A stretch of DNA of 64,000 nucleotides from Lama glama. Its lineage: Eukaryota. This document shows, in pieces, positions 12,141 through 21,855 of the stretch. Within the stretch, counting starts at the first letter, position 1. Every line of letters begins with the position of its first letter. Location: positions 32,800,001-32,864,000 of the forward strand of contig CM052817.1 in assembly GCA_028534125.1 (NCBI GenBank), written 5' to 3'. Under the pieces are notes generated by a model. It ran no database searches, had not been told where the DNA came from, and was given only the letters and a program-made list of their open reading frames with translations. A program made the translations under genes and the position numbers.

Positions 12141-14078
12141 ATGGGACATACTGTGTCAGGTCACTGTGAGAATTAAAAGACTTAATACCAGTAATCAAAA
12201 CAGCATGGTATCAAGTGTTTAAATTCTCACAATGACCCGACACAGTACGTCCCGTCCTTGTCCAATTTCATAATCAACTGAGACCAGGAGAAGTGAACCA
12301 CTCTGTGGAGGAGCTGGGATTGGAACCCAAGTCATCGAAGGGGCTCCAGGCACCGCTCCTGGTTGCATTATTCTGAATGTGGGACCAGGGTGTTATTCCT
12401 CCTCCATTTTCCCATCTCCTTGTGGACCCCAGGAAGGGCTCCAGAGTTTTTCTTCATATAACATTATTCTCCTGTTGAGACTATATCATTTTGTGAGGTG
12501 ACTTTCCTCGTGTCCTCTACAGTAAACACCTACGCTTGTTGGGGTCACATGCTAGCCACTGTGCGAGGAATGGCTTCCCTCTCCAGCAGCCTTCTCAGGG
12601 ACCATTCATTACCATCTGGACCTTACAGACGGAGGCACCAGGCTTGGAGAGGTGCACGCTGCTGGGAGCGGCAGAGCTGGGCCTTACACCCAGAGACGAC
12701 TCTGGAGCTCTGTTCTAACCAGTGCTCCTCTGCAGGGTGCCAAGCGCGTGATCCCCTTCTCCCCCACTTCCCCCCCGCCCTGGGGAAGCGAGCACAAGAA
12801 GAAGGCAACACCAGAAGGGTTCAGGAAGCTCTGCCGGGGGCCATGTGCTACTTCCCGAGTCCCCTCTTTTTCCTGATCCGGTGAAGGGCCTTTGCAGGAT
12901 TTATACCAAGTTCTCATGATGCTCCTGCTTTTAACTCAAAGAGCAGCACACTTTCCTGGGCCTCCTACCTTCCAATCAAACCAGACTCTGGTCAACATAA
13001 ACTTCTTTCAGCCCACCTTTCCTCCAAAGCCTTCTGCTTCCTGACTGCCTGCCTAGCTCAGTTCCTCCAGCCAGCGACCACAGAGATGGAAAAAGAAGAT
13101 CATTAACTAAACTTCTGATGTTTTCCCCACCACTCAGAGACCGCCTTTGGCCATATTTAATCTATTATTGAGAGTATTTTGGGGACATAGTAACTGCTTC
13201 ATGATAACATTTACAACCAGAAACTTCCTCCATTTATCATTTCAGATCAGAAGCCTTTGAGATGTCTTTTTTTTAAAGAGGAAATTAACTTGTAAAAATA
13301 CATGAAGGCCACAGAAGTAATATACAAATACATGTTGACTATAAAAAAAAACTCAAATGACACAAGTAGATTGAGAGCAAGACTTCCCCTTTCGTTAGTC
13401 TTCCTATAATGTACTCCTTCCCAGAGGGAACCACGTGTGAGCAGTTTGATTTTTCTATTTCCAGAAAGTTTCCTTTGCATATAGACATATGGTTTAAAAG
13501 TTAACCTCAAGCAAATACTCACAGAGGGCCTGAGCATCAGGAGAAGCACCAGGTGCTTAATTCTGTAAAACCAGAGAGTCAGGGATGCACCTGGCTCTTC
13601 CCCAGGATGGCCTGGAACCTAGCAGGGGGCCTGGTCCGTGCTGCTGGATATGTGGGAATGAATGCATGAATGAATGAATGAACAAACGAATGCAGATTGG
13701 AGACAGACACACAAAAGGTTACTTCATTATTTTAGAAAACAGCGATCTTTGCTTTAATTATCATTTCCTTTGCTATTGCCTTTTCTTCCTCATTCAAGTT
13801 CAAATTTGGAAATAAGCAGAACAGGAGAAGCAGCCAGTATTTCAGCACCAAGAAAGAACTGGTGTTAGGTAGAAAACATCCTTGGACAAAATAAATAAGC
13901 CAGGGTCTAGGAAACCTGCTCTGATTACATCTCAAAGTGATTTCCAGCTCCATGGTTTTCTCACATGGTGATAGTGCTTTGCAGAGAACTGAAAGCAGAG
14001 ACATAGAGGATTTTGGTTTACATTTTATTTCCTCCACCTGTTTAATCCGCACTAGCCACTGTTTTACAGGTTTATCTC

Positions 14079-14084
14079 TTTATT
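14079..14084 (-). terminator. Candidate SCFD2 polyadenylation signal
   Basis: TTTATT on + (AATAAA on -) about 1.07 kb past the SCFD2 stop. A second candidate lies at 14024-14029. Confidence 0.5.
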
Positions 14085-14855
14085 ACAAACATCTTTGAGA
14101 GATGCTAGGAATTTCCACCAACTGTACACCTATTAATGTGCGGTTCCAAGCAGTTAATTTTGGCTGGAGTTCTTGTATAATTTCACTCTATGGGTCTAGG
14201 TTTTTCTGCTATGGCCAGAAGGGAGACTTAGACTCACAGAAAAGAAAGCTTTATATTTCAGTAGAAATGTGAAATCACAAAAGTCACAGAGGTTGGGGTT
14301 CCAACTTAGACTCCTTGGACCAGATATTTTTATTGGAGCCTTCCTTGGGGAGGAGAGGAAAGCTTTAACAGGCAGAGACAGCCCTCCAATCAGCCTCTCT
14401 CCCACTACTGTTCCAAGCAGGCTGGCAGCCCTGCCCAGTAAGAGAACTGGAACAATGCAGCCCTTTGTATTGGCAGGCGATTTACAAAATGGGCAGACAA
14501 TCAGCACTGCCCTGGCCACTACCCCTCCCTCGCCTTTCCAGAAATGGCTCAGATCAAGAGAGAAACAAAGCCTCCGATCCTCTTTGCAATGTTCCCTCCT
14601 CAGCTATATAATCTTAAAAACCAACCTTTCCTCGCACTCATGATTCTAAAGCATGTCTAACTCTTCCTTGAGCAACTGCAGATCAAAAGGCTTGTCATCT
14701 ACCAACACACACCAACAGGCACTTACTTAGAATGAATGAACTTGCAGGTGGAATCAGAAAGATCACAGATAGAGGGTTAAGGATAAAGGGGAATTATCAC
14801 GAATTAGGCCAGCTGAGAGACAGTTTGACATCTTTAGAAAAATGAAAAAGGTTTT

Positions 14856-14950
14856 TGTTTTCCCTTCCTTAATAGAGGCGCCGGGGATTTAACCCAGGAC
14901 CTTGTGCAAGCCAAGCACACGCTCTACTGCTGAGCTATACCCCCATCCCT
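14856..14950 (-). mobile_element. tRNA-Ala-derived SINE inside the probable SCFD2 3' UTR
   Basis: Reverse-strand tRNA-Ala-like body flanked by aaaaggtttt direct repeats. Confidence 0.8.
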
Positions 14951-15152
14951 AAAAGGTTTTGTTTTGTTTTTTAAGAATCATAGAAATTCCAGCTAAGTAA
15001 TTCACTGTGTGGTTATAAAGACCTTATGGGAAGAATTCAGTCATATCCATGATTAGAAACAGGGACACTGATTTTGGAGGCATATCTTGGATGGTGACAG
15101 CGAACAGTGTTGGGACTTCCAGCCCAGTAGGTCTCATCTTCTTAGCAGATGC

Positions 15153-15245
15153 TCAGAAGCCAAGGTCTGGATGTAGCCGATCAGTCGCAAATAACAGCTC
15201 AGGGATGTTAAGTGGCTTCAGGAGTCGCGTGGACAGCACAATTAC
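15153..15245 (-). CDS. SCFD2: SCFD2 terminal coding exon (Sec1 family domain-containing protein 2)
   Basis: Minus strand: ...cctcctgttag| then VIVLSTRLLKPLNIPELLFATDRLHPDLGF-TGA. 93 nt, phase 0. Matches the recalled SCFD2 C-terminus, and SCFD2 is the known neighbour of RASL11B. Confidence 0.95.
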   Translation of the reverse strand, partial: VIVLSTRLLKPLNIPELLFATDRLHPDLGF

Positions 15246-15699
15246 CTAACAGGAGGGGCAAACACACCGCAGACAATTAGGGAAGTCAGTTCCAGTTTAT
15301 TAGACGATGAGAAATCAAATGCAACATATTTCTTTGGGGGAAGCCATGGGATGGGGTGTTGTGGAGAAAAAGGCAGAAGGTGGCAGCTTGAATGCCTAGG
15401 GATGCTGGTGTCCCGGGTGGGGGGAGGATGCACAGGCTGGGAAGGATGGCTCATGGGAGGGCAGGGCCGTGCCTGCTGAACCTTTAACCAGTGGGTGCTG
15501 AGAAGGGCGAGCGAGAAACCTCCTCGTTACTGCATTGAATTTGATCAGACTGTAGCTCTGCAATCCAGTAATTTGCCCTCAGTATAGACAGTTCTCCCTC
15601 TTCCAGAGAGCCTTTGCTCCTCCAGGGAAAGTGAGAAGGCACACACAAGAGCTGGATGCTGTCGCAGGTGATAATGATGGTGACTGAATTCATTTTCTA

Positions 15700-16050
15700 G
15701 AAACAAAATTGGTGGCTTAAATAACAGAAAATTATGGTCTCCTAGTTCTGGAGGCCGGAAGTCCAGGATCAAGGTGTTGGCAGGGTTGGTTCCTTCTAAG
15801 GGTTGTGAGGGAGAATCTTCCCTCCTAAGCTTCCTTATGTCTTCACACTGTCTTCCCTCTATGTGTGTCAGCCTCTATGTCCAAATGTCTCCTTTGTAAG
15901 GACACAGTCATATTGGATTAGGGCCCACCCTAATGACCTCATCTTAATTTGACCATCTGCAAAGACCTATTTCCAAATAAGGTCACATTCACAGGTACTA
16001 GGGGTTTGGACTTGAACATCTTTTGGGAGGGGACACAATTCAACCCATAA
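15700..16050 (-). mobile_element. MaLR LTR, MLT1A/B/C-like
   Basis: 'ggtggcttaaataacagaaa...ttctggaggccggaagtccaggatcaaggtg' and the terminal 'ggggacacaattcaacccataa'. Confidence 0.75.
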
Positions 16051-16069
16051 TGACAATAATAATGATGAT

Positions 16070-16290
16070 ATTTGCTAATATTTATTAGTCCTTTGATGTT
16101 CCAGGCATTGAGGATGATCTCATTTAATATCCATTTAATCTTCATAACAACCCTCTGAAGCAGGTGCATCTATTATTTCTATTTTGCAGAGAAGGAAAAT
16201 ACAGCACAGAAAGGTTAAGTAACTTGTCCAAGGACACACAGGAAGTAGATGAGTCAGGATTCCAACCCAGGCAGGCTGGCTGCAGTGTCC
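16070..16290 (-). mobile_element. MIR SINE
   Basis: MIR core-like sequence 'tttaatcttcataacaaccctctgaagcagg...aggttaagtaacttgtccaaggacacaca'. Confidence 0.65.
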
Positions 16291-18199
16291 AAGTGCCTGC
16301 CCAGCCACTTCTCTATTGTCAAGGGCTCTGGGAGGGCTGCTCACTCCCTTCATCCCCAAGGACCTTTGGGCCTCTCTGGCCTGTCATTGTGGTGTCCCCT
16401 CCTGTGTCCCTGAGTCTGGGTCGGTCCTCTGAGGCAGATTTCCCTATGCAGCACTGGGAAAGCTTATTCCCAGAGTTGGGCCGGGGCAACAACGTGCTTT
16501 GTCAGGCTGGTGAGGTTTGTCCAAGCATGGGTTGGTGCACCCACCGGATGAAGGTGACCTTGGGAAGTGGGGAAGGAGGTACTGGAGTCTGATGCCGGGG
16601 TCCAGCTGCTGCGCGTGGGGGCGTCTCCGCCTGTCGGCTGGCCTGGGCTTCCCTGGGCCACACCGCCCGGTCTGGCCTCTCCGGAGCGAGCAAGTGGGCA
16701 CTCACACTCACACTTCTCCCCTCCTGCCCCCAGAGTTGTCCCAGGAGGAACCAAACCAATAAGTTAGCCAACTCACTGGCCAAAAACAGAGTCCACAATC
16801 CAGTGTGGAGGAAAGGCAGAGGGAGGTAAAGAGAGAAGGAAGCATTTTATAACTTTCTTGTTGTTGTTGTTAAAGAAATGAGGGTTATTACAAAGTTTTC
16901 TGTTTCAAACGAAAATGAACCTTTGAAAGCAGTGATTTTACTTTTTCTTGAAAGACAATTATCCTTGAAAATATATGGTTAATGTCAGCCAAGTCATATT
17001 GTGGGCAGAAAAAAATACACTGCGCTGTGTTCACATTTTTCCTTGAGTCATGTGATGAGAATTCGAGGGCAATGAGTCAATATTAGGATCTCCTTGTCAT
17101 GCAGTGTAGACACCATTTGCATATGTGTCCCTGGAGGGGGTCTCTACTCATTCCTCAGGGTCTTCCAGGCCAAGCCAACAGGTGGTTAAGAACAGCGGTG
17201 CCCAGGCCAGCACAGGCGTCAGACCCTGGCAGAGCCCAGCTCCCAGCTGACCGGCTGCATGCCCCACGGATGGTCCCTTCACTTGGGGCCTTACCCTATC
17301 CATCCCAGAAAACACCCAACAGCCTAGAGCTTATAGCATTGTGGCAAGGATGACTTAAGGTCACGTGTGTAGAGCACGCGAGGGGCTCAACAATTCTGAG
17401 CTGTTATTTTCTTGTGGTTTTGTGATTGGGTCACAGGCCTTCTTTTGAATCTTATGAAAGCTAAGACCTCTCTAGAAAAATATGCAGATGTTCCTACACA
17501 CAAGACTTTGAGTATAGTTTTAGGTGAGGTTCATAAACAACCAGGATTCACAGAATACAAGTTAAGAAAGCCTTAATCAGATATTTTAAAAAATGCCCAC
17601 ATAAAGACAAAAACCCTTTGCACACTCTTGTGGTAGACTCCGGTGAGGTAGGAGGCCAGTGCAGCTACTGGGCCACAGGCCCCTTCCCTGCCCTGTGCCT
17701 GCCAATCCCCACCGCCCCTGCCAGCCCCTCGGGTCCTAGTTGCAAAGCCAACATGGCGGATTCCTCTCTGGCTGAGTGTCCTGGCTAGAGTGAGGCCCCC
17801 AGGATGCTTAAGTCTTACTGACAGGACTGAGGAACTTGGAGAGAAAAGGCTGAAGACTTGGTTGACGTGGACACTTCTAGAGCAGTGATAATTAAGCCAA
17901 AAGAATCCATCACTCTCAGGTCATGTGCTGGGCTTCCAGTCACGGCCGACAGTGACTGTGGGCTCAGTTGCCTCCATTGAGCTGGAACCAAAAACCATTT
18001 AAACCCCTCCCATCTAAACAAGAGGGTATTTAGACAACATGAGGGCTGAATCAGAGTGTCTGGGGCATGTTCTGTGGAGGGCTGAAAAGGAACAGATGGA
18101 AAACAAAGGCAGTCTGTGAAGGAACTGAGAAGGTCAGGTCTCTGAGGAGGGGAGAAAGCTGAGACCAAGGACTCTCGCTGGACAGCACAGAGGGTAAGG

Positions 18200-18390
18200 C
18201 ACAGACTTAGGAGTGTTCAATCTGAGTTGGACCCCAGCTGGTCACTTTCCAGATGATGGAGCTTAGAGAATTTGCTTACTCATTCTGAGCCTCAAATTCC
18301 TCATCTGTAAAGTGGGAATCCACCTCATAATTATCTTGAGAATTAAATGTGAACATCTACATAAAATATTTAGCACAATGACAGGCTCTA
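18200..18390 (+). mobile_element. MIR SINE
   Basis: MIR core 'gagcctcaaattcctcatctgtaaagtggg'. Confidence 0.6.
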
Positions 18391-19944
18391 GAGGGGCTGA
18401 AAATGGTCCTCGCTGTTATTGTCTTCTTATCATCACCGTCCTCACTGCTCTCACCCTCTGCTGCGTCCCCTCCATTCAGCTCATAGCAGTCACTGAAGCA
18501 GTCACCAGGCCCATACAGGGGAGGCAGAGTTGCCAGAGCCACCTACCCTGGGTGTAAATCCGATCATATTTACCCATAGGCTTCAAATCCTGACTGCCTC
18601 CTCCCCACCCTTTATAAATCCAGCCATCTTAGAGAGTTTTCCAGGACTTGAGAATCTGATGTCTGCTCAGCACTCCACACCCAATCCCCTTCACCACCGG
18701 TTCCACATTCCAGCCACCCTAAATAATTTGCAGTTCCACAAGTGGCACTTTGGGGATGGTTCTTTATCAGGAAGGGGAGTTCCCTTTCTCTTTGCCTGAA
18801 GACCTCTTAGTTGTCCTTCAACAATCTGCTCAGACATCACTACCTCCAGGAAGCCTTCCCAGATCACCCCTCCCTGAAGACTGAGGGTGTTTTCATGGCT
18901 GTTGGTATCACACTGTATTTCTTGTTTCCTTAATTGAGTTTTTTTGTTGTTTGTTAGCATAGACCTGATATCTAGCAGGTCCTTGATACAGTGAGTTAGT
19001 GAATGATTAAATGAATGAAGGAAAACAAGACTAGGAAGGAAGCAGTGAGTTTAGCAACGGTTAGCAGGAGGCTCTGGAAAGAGAGCTCAAATAGCTCTGG
19101 GTAAATTCATTTCAAATCAATTTGACTGAAAATCCATTTGTCTAAAATTCCTATACTGAAGAACAAGCAGGATTGCTCTACTAACATTTTGTTTGTAGTA
19201 TAATAGCTGATGGTCCTTAAACACTTTCACACCTTAGGCATCTTTTGTTCTTCAGAACGTTTTTGAGCATTTTCAGTTTTTTAGCGTATTCAACTAAGGT
19301 GCATCTCTGCATTATTTGACTAAAATAGTCCTTAAAATTATTTTAAAAAAAGAATAGCTAAGTGGGCAGGGGGTAGGCACTCGAAAATGAAAAAGAAAAT
19401 GTTTAAAAGAGTCTGAAATTGGCCCGTCTGATATTAAATTTAAATTTCATAAACACAGTCATCAAATGTGCACTATTAAGCAAATTAAGTGTTAAGAGAA
19501 TTCCTTTCAGAAGACTGGCTTTCTCCAAGGCAAGCCAGGGCACTGATGAAAACGTCCATCTGGGAGACAGGGGTGGAGGACACCACGGTTCCCAAGAGCC
19601 TCTGAACCAAGCCCCTAACAGCAGCCCCCAGGCTCCACCCAGGGCAGGCGCTCTACTCTGGCCTGAGAGGGACGGAGTCCCTGCCCAGCCCGCCAGCCCG
19701 CCTGGCTCCCGCGCAGCAATGACCCAGCCCCCTCGCTTTCTTTCCTCTTTCCACTTCTGCGGGCCATCGCTATAATTTGTAGGTGCCAGCATCTTCCTGT
19801 TCTATTTCTGCTGAACAGGGAGGAAGCGGGGCAATCCGGGATTTAGACTCCATATCCTTCTGATTTAATTGTGAACATTGTGAATATTGTGAGTTGAAAG
19901 GAGCAGGGGAGAACAATGGTTTTTCTCCATTTTTCTTTTAAACT

Positions 19945-20444
19945 NNNNNNNNNNNNNNNNNNNNNNNNNNNNNNNNNNNNNNNNNNNNNNNNNNNNNNNN
20001 NNNNNNNNNNNNNNNNNNNNNNNNNNNNNNNNNNNNNNNNNNNNNNNNNNNNNNNNNNNNNNNNNNNNNNNNNNNNNNNNNNNNNNNNNNNNNNNNNNNN
20101 NNNNNNNNNNNNNNNNNNNNNNNNNNNNNNNNNNNNNNNNNNNNNNNNNNNNNNNNNNNNNNNNNNNNNNNNNNNNNNNNNNNNNNNNNNNNNNNNNNNN
20201 NNNNNNNNNNNNNNNNNNNNNNNNNNNNNNNNNNNNNNNNNNNNNNNNNNNNNNNNNNNNNNNNNNNNNNNNNNNNNNNNNNNNNNNNNNNNNNNNNNNN
20301 NNNNNNNNNNNNNNNNNNNNNNNNNNNNNNNNNNNNNNNNNNNNNNNNNNNNNNNNNNNNNNNNNNNNNNNNNNNNNNNNNNNNNNNNNNNNNNNNNNNN
20401 NNNNNNNNNNNNNNNNNNNNNNNNNNNNNNNNNNNNNNNNNNNN
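19945..20444. other. Assembly gap (500 N)
   Basis: Run of exactly 500 N. The round number suggests a placeholder size. Confidence 0.99.
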
Positions 20445-21749
20445 ATCATATTCGAGGCACCACCCTCCTCTGCTTGCACGGAGGCTGCTCCTGTACACAC
20501 GCAGACCCACGCACAGCGTTAAACATAGAGCGTGTGTATTAAACCGGTGGGGCAGTGGATTAGCTAAATGGATGTGATTAAGCTTCCTGGGAAACTGCTG
20601 CCTTCACGTTGCCTCCGGGGCGGGCGTGCTGTGCTTAGGCGCTCCTAAAGAACCGGCTGAGATTCCAGATGTCTCTTCACTTTGCCCCTTGTGAGAGTTG
20701 TTTAAAAAGCCGTCACTTGAGGGAGAATAACCAGGAGAACAAAAACCTTACATTGCGAACGACTTCAGCCCTGTTAAGAGGATTGCTACGAATATCAAAG
20801 ACGCAGGAGAAACGCACAGGAATAAAGGGCACCGTTACCGGGACTGCTATGAACACGTGTAATGCCATCCAATACCACGACTCCTACGTCCTCTAACGTG
20901 TCTACTTCAAAGCATAAGGCCTGAAGCTCACTCAGGCAAAAAGAAAAATTTTAAATCCCACTGACATTTTCCTTAGAGTAAGAAACTTCAGAATTAAAAA
21001 AAAAAGTTGCTTGACTCCTCTCCTTGGGACTTATTTTTTTTTCTCCTTGGATCTTGCATCAGTTTTAGAATAACTTGGAGTCAGGGTTTAGAGCCAGGAT
21101 TTAGGTATCCTTGAACCCCTAAGGTTGTGCAAAACTGTGTGTATATGAGCATATTTCTGGGCCTACTTTTTTTCTATTACATTTTCACTAAATATTCAGC
21201 CCCAGAAATACAGACCCACATGAAAGTGTGGCTGGGCAACCTGCTCTAGTCCACAAAGCGCCGTGCCCGCAGGGTCAGCTAGCCCACTTGGTCTTCCTCT
21301 GTTTCCTGAGCTGGCCTTTCTCTGTATTTTCTGGGAGGGTCCCTCCCTGTTATTTTCCTCCCACAATCCCAGACTTGGCCACCGCCGACTGCAGGGTTCA
21401 GCCTGCAGAGCTGTCTGGGTGTGGTGCAGAGAGTAAGTGAGACAGAGGCCAGTGCTGGGCACGCGCGCTGCAGAGCGTGGCCCAGCCTGCAAAGTCTCCT
21501 GCTCCCGCTGTGGCTATTTGGGGTGGGGTTGAGAGGCTGCTTCTTTGATCCCTTTTTTGTAGTCGGGAAAGAGGGCCCTCTCCTACCACCCACTATGTCT
21601 TATCAGCAACAACCTGGGGCAGAGGGTGGAGAAAACACATCCATATTAGAGTATGATGACTGTCCTCTGGACTAGCAGGTGTTAATGTGCTTTCTGGATT
21701 CCACTGTTTCAAACTATCTTCATTACTTTTTGTGAAAGAGAATTCATTT

Positions 21750-21855
21750 TTTAAAAAATTGTACTTTTTAAAAAAAATGGAGGTAGTGGGGATTGAACCC
21801 AGGGCCTCGTGCATGCTAAGCATGCACTCTACCCCTGAGCTATACCCACCCCTCA
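21750..21855 (-). mobile_element. tRNA-Ala(AGC)-derived SINE with 11-bp TSD
   Basis: Minus-strand body GTGGGTATAGCTCAGGGGTAGAGTGCATGCTTAGCATGCACGAGGCCCTGGGTTCAATCCCCACTACCTCCA. TSD agaattcattt at 21739-21749 and 21856-21866. Confidence 0.88.

Noticed and set aside
19865..20542. ORFs of about 200 aa
   Set aside because: Artefacts of translating the N gap.
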